NCBI GenBank assembly: GCA_020891255.1
Contig: BQFW01000014.1
Span: 124,001 to 188,000, forward strand
Direction: 5' to 3'
Source: Entomortierella parvispora E1425
Taxonomy: Eukaryota > Fungi > Mortierellomycota
DNA: 64,000 nt
Of the stretch, positions 22,609 through 37,852 are shown piece by piece. The position numbers and the translations under genes were made by a program. A model generated the notes under the pieces. It was given only the letters and a program-made list of their open reading frames with translations. It searched no databases and had not been told where the DNA came from. The number at the start of each line of letters is the position of its first letter. Within the stretch, counting starts at the first letter, position 1.

Positions 22609-24280
22609 TCTTCGCCGCACTTGGAAACCCCCTTTATACCATCGTCCCTAATAATATTTATGTCCACAATTGCAAGTTCCAGTGTCAAACGGTTGGTGGT
22701 GGCGCTTCATTCAATACTGGAATCTGTTGGTTGCACTATGCCGGGTGGCCACACCCAACTGACTGATGTTCATTTCAGATCCGTTCTTTCCTGTCTGTGC
22801 TGGTCCTGGATCTCCTAATGCAACTTTGGAATGATCGATCGCATTTTTCCGTAACGGAACCTGCGTCTGAACCTGCAACTGCACCTGCACACACAAGGCC
22901 CCGTTGCCAAAGGTCGATCCGTCACCAGAGCAGGATGAGCCAACAAACATAACAAACAGTCGATGTGGCGTGGCTCTGCACCCTGCAGAGTGACGCCCAC
23001 GGGCGCCCTCAACGAGCGAATGCAATCAATCCAAAGTGCAATAAAGTTGTCTTGCGACCTGCCCTCCGTCTTTCCTCTGTTCTCTCCGCTCATCTATTCA
23101 TCTGCAGTGGACGGAGCATTGCCCGTCTCCTTCTCTTCTTGTGTCTGCCTTTTGTTGGCGCTGTTCTCTCTCTCTCTCTTTTCCCTTCTCTTTTTTTTTT
23201 TATCTTCGCTTTTTTTTGGTCTTCTCTTTCCCTGAACCACACTTGTCCCACAAAGCATCCATCTCTCTTGACGTGCGCCCGTTCGTCTGTTCATTCCCCA
23301 TTCGCTGCATCTCATTCATCGTAATCAGACACGCCACCCCTCTCCTGCCTCTCCTGCCCTCTTGTCTCCCTTCCTCTTCTGCACCTTCCTCTTTCCCTTC
23401 CCTTCGTTTTCTTCTTTCGCTTCTTCCCTCCATCCTTCCATCCTTCCTTCCTTGCACATTTTGCTAAAAAAAAAACCACCCCATTACATTTCACAAAGAA
23501 TCCATCTGGTCTGTCCCTTGCTCTCTCATTCACAGCAGCCAGGCAAGTCATTGACTCTCCTTCTCTCGCGTGCTCTTTTTTCTTCCATCTCGCTCTCGGT
23601 TTCTTGTTGCTCTCGGGCCAGAACGAACAGTTATCGCCTCCGCCAATCTTTGGGGACACTGTGCATGCACGCAACTTTCATGTGCAAACGCCCAATTCTC
23701 TTCTCCTTACTCTGTAACCAAATCCCTTGCTGAAAAGTGAACTTCCAGATCGGCGAGGGGGTGGAGAAGCTTACCTGCTGTATCAAACAAGCAGTTTTAA
23801 ACGCACTCCAGCGTAAACAACCTCCTTGCGACAGACTCCAGTTCCCCCAACCGCCTGGTCGCCGTTTGTCTGGCCCAGACTTTCTTCTGGCGTCCAACCT
23901 ACCTCCTTTATTATTACATTCTCTTCATGCCGTTGAAACTGATATTTATTTTTTTCACCCCCGATCCGCCCGTTGCTCACATACCTCGTCTGACACGCCC
24001 CAACTCCTGCGCACCCTTGTCGGAACCTGCAGGTCAATCTAATTAATCGACCAGTCCTCTTGTTCCCGTCTATCTTTGTTCCTTCTCAAATACCTAGACT
24101 CTACCATAATTGTTTCTCCCTCACCCGAAAAAACAGGAACAGGAACACAATCGAATTGCATCCCTTTCTCTTGTCAGTAAACAACGATCAGGCAGTAATC
24201 GGAACATCGTCGGTCGTCATCATCATCGAACACCAACCACAGCAAAAATCAACACAAGCACGGACGGCAAAAGAAGTAGA

Positions 24281-26461
24281 ATGTCGGTGGCCTGCACCAA
24301 CTGTGGGGCAGCAGTCCAATTGCCCTCGAGTTTAAACCACACACAACTTCACACGGTGCCGAACGATCCTTTGATTCCGTTTGTCAAGGCCCAGATCGAT
24401 GACCTCACTGCTCAAAATTCGAATCTAGTGGCCGAGAATGATTCTCTCTCAAGCAAACTAGTCGAGTCAACGGAGGGTCGGATAGATCTCGATCAACAAC
24501 TGACAATGACTCAAATGGAACTCCAAACTGCTCAAACTGAGCTAAAGACCCTGCAGGAGAGCCAGAAACATTACGAGGAACTTCTCTCAATGATTTCGAC
24601 GGGTCAATTGATCGAGAAAAAGGATGTCCAGCCCGTGATCGAAAACCTGGCATACGAATCGCAACGACGATCCCAGATTGAGAGTTCGAAACTGCAACTG
24701 GAATCTGAACTGGAGGATCTGAGCCGAAGCCTGTTTGAGGAAGCCAACAGGATGGTCAATGAGGAACGACAGGCGACTTTTCTTGCTGGCAAAAAGGCCG
24801 AAGGTCTGGAACGACAGCTGGATGAAGTCCTGGACCTGTGCAAGTCTGAGAGAGATCAGCTTGTGGAGTTGAAGCTGAGCATGCAGAAACTCTCGGAAGA
24901 AAAGGATCAGGTTCAACGCGAGAGGGATGCGATCGAGTTTGCATTTGTTCAGCTCCAACAGCAACAGCACCACCAGCAGCAGCTTCAATTGCACCACAGT
25001 CAACTACTGGGAGCCTCTACGTCATCGTCGCCCACTTCGATTCATCATCACATGTCGGCAACAACGGCGGCGCGTCGCGGTATACCCCTTTTGCCCCCAA
25101 CGTCCCCCTCCTCGGCAACCGGCAACATCAATGGCATGACCCCTTTGGGCATCAATGTGGATGCGGCGACCTCCGGTGTGCGGAAACATGTTCAGCAGGT
25201 TCTGCAATATGACGCACGTCAACACCGCAGCTCGGCTTCCAGCATCAAATCCAAAACGGACTCTTGCTACTTTTCAGATGGTGACCATCCTGGATCTCAT
25301 TTGCTGAATGAACCCAACGAAGAGCGCATTCCTAGTCTTGGATTCCATCTCTGGGACCCCTCTTTTGTCGAGTTTAAGGCCTACATGGAGTCGCTCTTTG
25401 GATCGGGAAATTCAAAACAGGACGCAGCCGATACTCAAAAAGGAGGATCCAATCCAGGCAATGGACAGCACTCAGCAAGCCCATCTGTAGCATCTTCCGG
25501 CATCACGTCTATGTATTCATTCAGTCTGATGACAAAGACCGCAACGGCGCCCGCACCTGCCGCCAATGCTGTGATCCCCATCAACACCCTGCTCTCCAAC
25601 TGCAGACTTCTGAAGAAAATGTCCAGTGAGGATGTGGAAGCGACGTTGCGATTCGACCCAGGCAACCTACTCTCTTGGACACAACGCAAACGACTCATGA
25701 CTGCAGTGACGGACAATACCCTTGTAGTCGAGTCTATCCCAACATCCTCCCATCGAGACAGTCAACAACAGCAGAGTCTGTCGCCAACATCTGTTACCCC
25801 CACGACAACCGGCCCTGTTACCCGACCCAACTGTGCTCTCTGCGGACATGGTATTACGACGCCTCTCTACTACCAGTACAGACTGACGGATACAGCCAAT
25901 GAATCCAGGACCATCTGCCCGTACTGCCGGACACGTTTGACTTCTGTGTGCACGTTCTATAGTGTTTTGCGGATGATCTCGAAGCGCATCATTTCCAGCA
26001 CAACGACCCCGGAGAAACTCTACTTGGACTTTTTGAGGATCCGTTTGGGCATGTTTATGGCTCGATGTGGCGTCGGCATTGTGACAGGAGATGAGGCCAA
26101 GCCTCAGTCGCCCCTCCCACCTCCACAACCTCAACCACAACAGGCCCCGGTCGTGGCTCCTAAACGAGACAGTGGCGCTACAGCCAAATCCGCTCTTCCC
26201 CCGCGACCGCCATTGACCCCCGTGACGACGACGATCAACAACAACGGCCACAACAATAGCAGCAGCAGCTTGAACAGCAGTGCAACGGCTCCAGACCCTC
26301 CCATGCCTACCAACACTAAACTGCTTCCGAGCCTTCCTTCCCCGGTGCCCCCATCACCTACTCCTTCCTCGGCACTTCCTCCTCTCCCATCCGTCCTGGC
26401 CAGCACTGTCATCAATTCGAACGTTGTGCCCAACCAAGCGACTCTGACCAGCCCCTTGTAG
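24281..26461 (+). CDS. SEC2: Rab guanine-nucleotide exchange factor Sec2
   Basis: Coiled coil with LESELEDLSRSLFEEANRMV Sec2 signature; C-terminal CALCG...CPYC motif. ATG at 24281 is the first ATG in the frame. Confidence 0.88.
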   Translation: MSVACTNCGAAVQLPSSLNHTQLHTVPNDPLIPFVKAQIDDLTAQNSNLVAENDSLSSKLVESTEGRIDLDQQLTMTQMELQTAQTELKTLQESQKHYEELLSMISTGQLIEKKDVQPVIENLAYESQRRSQIESSKLQLESELEDLSRSLFEEANRMVNEERQATFLAGKKAEGLERQLDEVLDLCKSERDQLVELKLSMQKLSEEKDQVQRERDAIEFAFVQLQQQQHHQQQLQLHHSQLLGASTSSSPTSIHHHMSATTAARRGIPLLPPTSPSSATGNINGMTPLGINVDAATSGVRKHVQQVLQYDARQHRSSASSIKSKTDSCYFSDGDHPGSHLLNEPNEERIPSLGFHLWDPSFVEFKAYMESLFGSGNSKQDAADTQKGGSNPGNGQHSASPSVASSGITSMYSFSLMTKTATAPAPAANAVIPINTLLSNCRLLKKMSSEDVEATLRFDPGNLLSWTQRKRLMTAVTDNTLVVESIPTSSHRDSQQQQSLSPTSVTPTTTGPVTRPNCALCGHGITTPLYYQYRLTDTANESRTICPYCRTRLTSVCTFYSVLRMISKRIISSTTTPEKLYLDFLRIRLGMFMARCGVGIVTGDEAKPQSPLPPPQPQPQQAPVVAPKRDSGATAKSALPPRPPLTPVTTTINNNGHNNSSSSLNSSATAPDPPMPTNTKLLPSLPSPVPPSPTPSSALPPLPSVLASTVINSNVVPNQATLTSPL

Positions 26462-26867
26462 ATCAAGATCGGCCATGTACTTATGACATCTAATGATCAC
26501 CCTGTAATGCCCCCCTCCCCCCCTTCTATACTCTCATGATTCCCTCCTACCTACTCCCTGTATCACTCTCAATGTAGATTAAAACAAATAATTGTAATGT
26601 TCATCCAATCCTCTGTTTGAAGTGCATACGACAGTATGAATCTCGAATGTGGTCGATGAAAAATAAGATACATGTTGAAGATTTTGCTGCGACCTATGGA
26701 CATTAGCACTGAATCTAAGGTGAAGCACAGCTACAACCAAGAGAAAACTTGAAAGAAGGAAAAAGAAGAAGGAAAAAAAAAAAGAGAAAAAAAGGAATGG
26801 ACAATTCTATGCGATGGTACTAAACAATCTCTCTTTTTTTTTTTTTTGTTTGGTGGGTGTTTTTCTT

Positions 26868-28680
26868 TTACCACTTTGCATTCTTGCCAAGTCCATACTT
26901 TTCCAGCACCTTGTCAGCACCCTCCAAGCTCTTGGTCAAGCCCTGGCCCACAATCGTCACTTCGCCCGATCCTCCAGTCAACTTGGCGACACCGCCTCCA
27001 AAGACCCGGCGTGCGACACGGACGATATCCTGTCGCGTCACCTTTTCAATCTTGGAGCAAAGCTCCTCCACGGGGACCTTGTATCCGTGAACCTGGACCT
27101 GACGTCCCAAATCCTCCAACTGAACCATCTTGGACTCGAGGTTCATCAAGACACTGGAACGGAGCTGGTTCTTGGCCCGATCCAGCTCACCCTGGGCAAC
27201 ACCGCCACGACCGGTGCGTGTCGTCAACTCCAGCTCACGGACAATGACCTCCAACAACATGGATTCGTAACCAGGGTAGCACGATCCTGAAATGCCGAAA
27301 AGTCCAGAGTCAGAGTAGCAGTGGTTAAAGCTCATGCAAGACTCGATCCAGGTATAATGGTTGAGGACATTGCTGAACAGACGCGAGTACATGCCCTTGC
27401 CGGGTCCACCAGCCGAGAATGAGCTTCCTCCGCCCATGAGCAACTGTAACGTGGCAAGCGCATAGATATCGTCGTCGTGGATGGAAAGTCCCTCAAATCC
27501 AACAAAGAGGTGGGTAAAAGGCTGGGTATCATCCTCGATCAAGAGCTGGCCTCCAGTGTACTTTGCAACCTGACGGCTCAACGAGTTGTAGTCGGGTGTG
27601 GATGAAGGCGATGTGCCCTTGCCAAACAACGAAGAAAAGAGTCCGGACTTTGAGGCATCCTTGGGAGACTCGGAATTGGCTGTTGCAGAAGAGTCGGCTC
27701 CCAAGGGCTTCATGTCGCCAAAGAGCTGGTTGGTGAGATCCACGACCTTTTCATGATCAGCTCCGACGGCCGAGACCACGATCCGCTCGGGCCGGTACCA
27801 GGTGTCGATATAACTCTTGATGTTTCCAGTCGTCATCTCCTCCAATTTGTCCATGGGGCAAAGCAGAGGGTTGCCCAAGGTGTTGTCCTTGTAAGCGACC
27901 GTATGCAACAACTCTGGCAAGATCATCTCGGGCTTTGACCAGTACTCCTGAATCTCATGTCCTGCAGAGACCTTTTGCTCTTCCAACTCCTCCTCAGAGA
28001 TGACTGGGTTCCGGATGGTATCCGCCATGATGGCCAGCATCTTTGGCAAATCCTGGGGCAACAGCGCAGACTGATACATGATGGACTCGCGTGAACTCGA
28101 GCACATCACATTGCCTCCAGCAGCCTCAAGGTCTGCCATCATGGCTTCGCTGGTCCTGCTCTTTGTTGATTTGAAGGCGAGACGGTCAAGGATATGGCTT
28201 ACACCACGGGTTGATTCGTCCTCGTAACGGGATCCTGCATCAACATACACTCCCAAAGAGGCAAAGTGTCCCTGACTGTCCTCGGTGGCGATCCGGATTC
28301 CATTGGGAAGCTTGGTGACTTTGGAGGCAACACTGGAAGAAGAAGAGGCGGGTGCACTGGTGGTGGTGGTGGTAGCAGTCTTTGGAGTCTTTGCAACAAT
28401 AGGTTCAGGGGTCTAAAAAAAAACCAAGGGCGAAATGAATCCATCGTCAGCATTTACTTGCATTTTCAATCCACTACCACACACAAGATCAACACACATA
28501 AAACACCCCTTTCCTCCAAAAACAAAAAATTCAGTGGTCTACCTTGACAAAGTCTTCTGAGGGCAGGGATGCCTGCTGATGTCTGTTCATGTGGCTGACC
28601 AAGGGCCGGGCCATGTTGTTGGCCCGCCGTGTGAATGGCAGGACATGGCGTGCAAAGGCACTGGTGAGCTGCTTAGACAT
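26868..28680 (-). CDS. MAS2: Mitochondrial processing peptidase alpha subunit, 2 exons
   Basis: TKLPNGIRIATE, GVYVDAGSRYE, glycine-rich loop GGGSSFSAGGPGKGMYSRL; Arg-rich presequence in exon 1 (ATG 28680). Confidence 0.93.
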
Positions 28681-29231
28681 TAGATTAAAAGCGGATCACA
28701 GCCGAGAGGAGAAGAAAGGGAGGAGCAATAATGGTGCGGTGAGTTGCAACAAGGAAGGAGAGAAGGAGAGAAGGAGACAAGGAATGAAGGAAGGGAACTA
28801 GAAACTAGAAAGTGAAGGAAGGGAAGGAAAGAAGGAGAATGACGGAGAACCACGAATCGGATCGAAGGGAAGGAAAGAACAGCCAGGCCAACTCTGGCCG
28901 GATTTGGTCATTGTGAGCGAGCAAGAGTCGGGCGGATTGGACGGACGCCCTGCGAGGCAAAAGAAGCCCCGCCGCTGTCTGGTCTGTCTGTCGGTGTCTG
29001 TTCCTCTCGTCCCTCTCGCTGTTCCTCGGCCTGTCGCTGGTGCAGGGCGGGAAAGCGAGAAAGGGACCAGACCAGACCAGACAGACACACCCCACCCCAT
29101 GAACACGGCGAAACGCCACAGGATCGTAAACAATTCGATCTCTGCTCTTGCTCGTCTTTGTCTGGCTAGCTTCCATCCAATCCATCCATCCTTCCTTCCC
29201 TCCTCGATCCCACTACCGTCATACGCATACC

Positions 29232-31091
29232 ATGGTAACAGGACTCTCACTCACAAGCTCATGGACATGGACTGTGGACTGGACGATCGGCGTGGCATGG
29301 CCGCATTAATGCAATTGACTGACTGACGCGCCTTGTCATCTTTTTGTAGCCCACACAATTTTTGACTACCTTGACCAAGGAAAACGGTAAGTAAGCGAGA
29401 AAGCGGTTCAGGAGTAAGGCAGAAACCTCAAGGGACAGCTCTAACGCGACTCTTTGTCTTTGAATAGCACACGCCGATGGCATTTGGAGTGCTGCCTGGT
29501 CCTCAAAGAACCAGCTGGTGACTGGATCTCTTGACAACACAGTCAAAGTCTGGTATGCTCAGGGAAAGAGAACAGGACCAGAGGCGCAGAGATGGAGTTG
29601 ACAGGAGGACTATATGTTGGATCTATATACTCTGCTAATCAACGGACACCTGTATCTATTAGGAATGCCGACAATGGAGAGCTCACAGGGACTTTGACTG
29701 GTCATCATCTTGGAGTCAACTCAGTCGACACCAATGTGGAAGGAACGCGTAAGTCGAAAGGACAAATGACTTGTCAGGGCGTATCAGACACACATCGTAG
29801 GGTATGCACTAAAACACGTACTTTCATTAGTCGCCGTATCCACGTCGCTCGACAGCCAGATCAGGATCTGGGACTTGGAAAAGCTGAAGGCACACAAGGT
29901 CATCGATGCAGGATCAGGTACATAGAAATTGGCTTGCATCCTGAGCAGGGACAACGAAATACTGTAACATCTGGTTTCCGAGCTGATATTAACTCGGCAA
30001 GTGGCTGTATTGTTCTAGTGCAAGCTTGGACTGCAAAGTTTTCGCCAGACTCGAAGCACATCGCCACAGGATCATCCTCGGGAGATATCAACCAATATAA
30101 TGTGGAGACTGGAGAGAAAGTACAGACCTTTGAGGGCCGTGGAAAATTCTCCATGTGTGTCGCCTATGTAAGGGAAACGGACAGTATCATTGGACAAGTG
30201 CATGGCCTCCCTTTTGAGCACACTGGAAACTGACGCAAACTACCCCAATTGAAATTATGGAAACACCCTCATAGAGTCCTAATGGTGAATATGTTGCCTG
30301 TGGAACGGAAGCCTCATCCGACTCTGCCACTGTCCTCTTGTTCGATGTGGCTACCGGCAAGCTTCGTTCGACCTTCAAGGGTAAGAATAGCCCCGTCATA
30401 TTGTCCGCTCGGAGGATATTGCCACCGTTTTAACCTTTTTTTTATTTTTTCTTTCCCGTATTCAGGCCATGCCTTGACAGTTCGATCCATTGCATTCTCG
30501 GCAGACTCGACAAAACTTGTAACAGGATCAGATGACAAGCGCATCATGATCCATGATGCGTAAGGACTCTTTTTTTATGACTTCCAGGCTCACACAGCAA
30601 AGGCAAGAGAGATTATTTTACTAACGCTTTATTTTATCCAACGCTACCACTGCAGGGTTCACGGAGACACTATTCGCACCTTGTCAGGACATTCTGCTTG
30701 GGTGTTGAGTGTAGCAGTGAGCAGCGATGGAGTACACGTCGCCAGTGGGTACGTATAATCGGCACGGCGGCTAACTCTTGAGCTCTATGTAGAACCTCGC
30801 GATTGACACAATTACCCTCGTTATGCCATAGATCGAGTGACAGCAAGGTGAAGCTCTGGGACTTGGTAGCTGACCAGTGCATCGACACTATGGATGGCCA
30901 CAATGACCAGGTAAGGAGTCGATTTGCCACCAACGAAAAATATCATGCTTCATGCAACCGCCGATTCTAACACCAATGTCCGCTCTCTTTAAATTCAGGT
31001 CTGGGGATTGGCTTGGAACAAACAGGGCAACAAGTTTGCCTCTGCATCGGACGACAAGTCTATCAAGTACTACTCGACCACATCTGCATGA
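29232..31091 (+). CDS. SKI8: WD40 protein Ski8/WDR61, many exons
   Basis: Spliced M-PTQFLTTLTKEN-AHADGIWSAAW...VTGSLDNTVKVW; further WD repeats; ends VWGLAWNKQGNKFASASDDKSIKYY. Confidence 0.85.
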
Positions 31092-31770
31092 GAAAAGTTC
31101 ACATGAGCGGCGGTAAGAACAAGGACGGCAGATCGTCCAAAGAGGGACTGCGCCAAAATAAACCAAACAACTTCAGGCACTTGAATGGAAAACAACCATT
31201 GGACTCTGTCCTCTGCAGATGGAATAGGCGCAGTGCCATGCTCAGTAAAATAAAAAGACAAACCACAAAAAACATTATTGTTGCGTGCGTGAGGAGAGAG
31301 CCATGGCAACAACAGCTACACACCACTCACCCATGGTCTACGGATGATTTCTGAGCACACGACCTTCGGAACATCAAATGAGATTGACGCTCATTGTAAA
31401 GTCAATCCAGACGCGATGTTCAAATATTCTCGTTGAGGAGCAAAGCATCTGTGAGAGAGATAAAGAGAAGGGTGCCAGGACTCTTGTCCAACCGACGATA
31501 GCTTCAGTAGCTGGGGATGCCGTCGTCTCAAGATCAATCAGCCCAGCAACAGTAGAGCGGAAGGGAAGAGACGAAAACGGGAGCGAGGAAGAAGCAGGTC
31601 AGGAGCGCGGCAATACTGCGCCCAAGCAACCTTCTTGTTATAAAGAGAGCAAGGGCTTCATCACATCGTTCTCTCTTTCGACCATTCCATTTCCCCATCT
31701 GCATTTTGGCCAAACGCAATTTTGAATCGCTCTTCATCATTCTGCACGCCTGTTCCTCATCCTCTTTGTC

Positions 31771-33756
31771 ATGGAAATGGGCAAAAACACTTTCGCACCT
31801 GGGCCTCGACGCAGACTCTCTCGTGCACCTACGCCCCATAGCTTGGCCGATGACAGCAGCGTTCCACCGATTGTTTGTGAGCATCAACCACAAGCTTCAT
31901 CGATCTCGCTAGATATCTCCAAGGACATGAGCGTCCAAGCAGACAGCGCTCGGATCGATGCTGTTGCTTCCTCTGTTGGCCCTGATGGCCTCCCAGTCAT
32001 CCATCCACGGAATGGTGGCGCTTCAGACCCAGAATTCAAGCTCTCTGACGCCACCAATAGCTGGGTCAGTGCGCAGATCCCACCATCCATTCCTCCTCTT
32101 TCTGACAGGCTTCGTCTCTTTGCGTCCCTGAGTCGCATGTCGGCCGAAGAGATTGAGGTTGCACGCCAAACCGAGGTCAACACCCTGAACAATCATCGCT
32201 TCTCCGCCCCCACAGAGTCCGAACGGGCTGCAATATCAGCAACAACTGTCACAGGCAAGCGAAAATCAAAGTCGTCGCCTCCACCCTCGCCCTTGATGTC
32301 TTCGTTAAGTCAAACATCTGCCTCATCGCCATCACCACCTACTCTTACTACTGCTATATCAGGCAGTGATACCCCTACCAGTCCAAGCTATCTTGCGGAC
32401 GATGAGACTGAGGACAACTACGCCTCCGATACCTCTTTAACAGGATCACCACAACCGTCGTCATCATCGCAGGTAATTGCGAGACAATGAGGATTTGAAG
32501 GCTGAGGGACTAAATGTTGCTGAATCAGATATGTCCTGGATATCTTACCTTACAAGAATCTGCCATTCTAGGTCTCTAGTGCCAGAGGGAACCCACAAAA
32601 GCGGAGGCGCCTGGACAAAAAAAGGACTCGAGATATTAGCAGCAGCGCCGGAGATCAATCACCAAAGTCGCCTATGAGTATCGTCCACCACCAAACCGCA
32701 CCCCACTGCCACCAAAAAGACGCACCCTTTTCATCTCAAGGCAAGGCGAAGAAGACAGTACGGTTTGACGAATCTAGGAACACGGTGCTAGACTACGACT
32801 CCAGCTCGACCATCGCTCTGTCAGATGAGGATGTATATCGCATGATACACTCTGGAGCATCGTCGCCTCCGAGGAATACCACCGACAGAAATCCACCGTC
32901 TTCCCTATCTTCACTGGACCATGGATTGATGCGCTCACCCTGGTTGGCATGGTCGGCAGAGCTGAACAGGGAATCAAAACCCACTTCTTTGGATACGGCT
33001 CCGATCACCTCACAGTCCTCTCACTCGAGCGTTTCTTTAATAAGCAGTAGCAGCAGTGTAGACAAAAAGGAGGAAGGAGCTGAAGGTCCGGTCGTCAGCG
33101 CTCAAGCCAGAGCTACAGGCATGGCGCAACTGTGGTCACCGCCTCGTCTTCGACTTTCTTTCTCAGACATCTCGTCTGCGAATAACGCGACTATAGCAGC
33201 AGCCAAAGCGGAAACATTCCCTTCCACTCCTCCGCTGGAAGATGGTTCGAGCCCAGACCCGGCCCTATGGAGCTCAGCCCCTTCGTCACCCATTGCCCCG
33301 CGAATCCCTCTGCTACAGCGCTACGCGACTTTACCCATGTCAAGTACGCCATCCTTTGGGAGCTCGGATGCCAGGCTGTTGCTTCAATACGAAAGTTTGT
33401 CATCTGGTCTTTCTGAAGAGGTAGAAGAGACGCGACAAGATGAGACCATCTCTGAAGGCCAAAAAGATGGACACTCATCGTCTCCGGAGCGATCTTTGTT
33501 AACTCGGTTCCACCGTACACGATTGACAAGCCCACCGAGACGAAGCCCGATGAAGGGTGAATTTTTGCATGCACAAGCTGCAGGAGCTGGCTCTCATCCA
33601 TATCGTCGTGATGACTCAAATGCCCGAGGGAGTTCCACGCGTGGCACGCCACCACGCCTTGTCAGATCTGCTTCGCTGTCGACACCAGATATCGCTCGGA
33701 CGCCTAGCCTTCGACGCGAAGCATCAAGCACGTCCCTTTTGGATGTCCTCTTGTAG
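31771..33756 (+). CDS. Hypothetical Ser/Pro-rich disordered protein, 2 exons
   Basis: A phase-0 GT-AG intron at 32473-32571 joins the 239-aa and 360-aa ORFs in frame. Contains a KKTVRF (RVxF-like) motif. Confidence 0.65.
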
Positions 33757-33946
33757 ACAGAACGTGCATCTTTTCCTTGCATAGATGAAACTATAGCAAA
33801 AACTTATGTCCAACATAATGAAAAAGTGAAAGCGTGTTGCATGGCTGTTCAACCCTTAAGAAAGAAACCGCTCGATGATGACTGACCCGATGGCTCTTTT
33901 GCATTTTACATCACTGAATTTTGTCATTCATTTCCCTTCTCTCATC

Positions 33947-36253
<2,307 letters not shown>

Positions 36254-36380
36254 ATCGCCTTCCAAAGGGCCTTCTTCAAAGTAGTATTGTCGGTCCTGCC
36301 AAGAAGAAGTAAAGGGATTTGCGCGATGGTCTGCAATGGGCAGACGCCAACTGCTGGGAGGCAAAAAAAAAAATCAAAAG

Positions 36381-36454
36381 TGTTTGTACTCGGACTTGAA
36401 CCGAGGACCGTCTGTGTGTTAGACAGACGTGATAACCAACTACACCATACAAAC
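36381..36454 (-). tRNA. tRNA-Val(AAC), copy 1
   Basis: GTTTGTATGGTGTAGTTGGTTATCACG TCTGT-CTAACAC-ACAGA CGGTCCTCGGTTCAAGTCCGAGTACAAACA. Confidence 0.95.
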
Positions 36455-36585
36455 TTTGAATTCGATATCAGCTGACTTTCTAGATCACCCATAGATCCAT
36501 GACTATCAAATTATTTAATCACGTGATTATTGGTCCGGAATGGATATTTGAGTGATCTAGAAAGTCAGCTGATATCGAATTCAAA

Positions 36586-36659
36586 GTTTGTATGGTGTAG
36601 TTGGTTATCACGTCTGTCTAACACACAGACGGTCCTCGGTTCAAGTCCGAGTACAAACA
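36586..36659 (+). tRNA. tRNA-Val(AAC), copy 2
   Basis: Identical 74-nt sequence in the opposite orientation, followed by TTTT and TTTTT runs. Confidence 0.95.
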
Positions 36660-37852
36660 CTTTTGATTTTTGCCTCCCAGCAGTTGATCTTCCAACATTC
36701 AGGAGGAGGATACTTCTTCACCCCCCAAAAGTGGCGTTTAGGCCCGGGAGGGACTTCGTCACGTGGAGTATATGGCCTTGCACTTATAGAATTGCAAGGA
36801 TATAACGATAATGGTAGGATATAACGTACTCTCACGTGATATCTACACGTGACAACATACGTCATTTAGTCACGTGGATTTATATTGTCTGCCCAAATAG
36901 GAAGGAGTCTCGATCACCCCACAAAGTATAGGGAGACATGTCCGAAAAACAACATCGTTCTATGTGAAGTCATTCAAATCGTATCAGAATGCCATGATTG
37001 TTAGCAATATCGATAGATATGATAAAAATACACCTCTCAAGTGATCGCGAGCAGTTTTGAACAAGTTTGAGAGCGTGTTCATCTTCGTTGTGCTTATTTT
37101 GACTGAAAATGACGAGGGTGTTCGCTATGTTTTGGCTAGTTACCATTGTATATTCAATTACAACACCACTTTCTTCCACATACATCCAAAACTTTCAGAA
37201 TCCATGCCCTTTCCAATGTACATACTGTGAATGCGCTTTATTCGGTCAACACGCCTCGAAAAAAAGAACTTCACTTAGGAGCAAAGTGATCGACTTGGAA
37301 AAAAAATAGAATTTTGATGCATCTGAGGACATTTGTCTCGACTTTCCATGGTCAGAATTGCAACAATTGGGCTGAAAGCACTTTCCTGAGGTGGCCACAC
37401 ATTGTACGAAGAACGTAGTATCGTTTTCCTGCCAAAGAACGATTCCTCTAGAGGGCAATTGGATGAGTCATTCAAAGTAAAATGAACTTCTGACTACAAT
37501 TTTACAGTAGTAATGCCTCAGCATGATGACAAGCTCTTGGCTGTTTTCCAAAGAAGTACTATTCATAGGCAGGTGTCGCGATATACATGTTATTAAAAGT
37601 TGGAAGAGGTTTGGCTTCCGGATTCAGAGCTATCATGGTTCCTGAGATAGAGATATTGCTGCCATTTTATTTGTTTTTTTAAAAAAAAGAGCTCCCAGAA
37701 GGAGTATTTCCTCAGGAAACCCTGGGCCATAGGAACAGCAACCGAGATTGCATCAGAACTTGCGAAAGAACACTGCCAAATCATATGGTTGAACTATGAT
37801 CGATCATGTCGCATCGAAGATAGAGTGGGCTGTGTGTTTATTACATTATTAT

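Larger units (their letters stand above)
36348..36686. repeat. Inverted repeat, about 140-bp arms (36348-36488 and 36552-36686), each carrying a tRNA-Val
   Basis: Arms are reverse-complement identical apart from the length of an A/T run; spacer about 63 nt. Confidence 0.95.

Noticed and set aside
24110-24280. N-terminal extension of Sec2 in the ORF track
   Set aside because: It begins at a TTG; the first ATG is at 24281 and the upstream part looks like 5' UTR.
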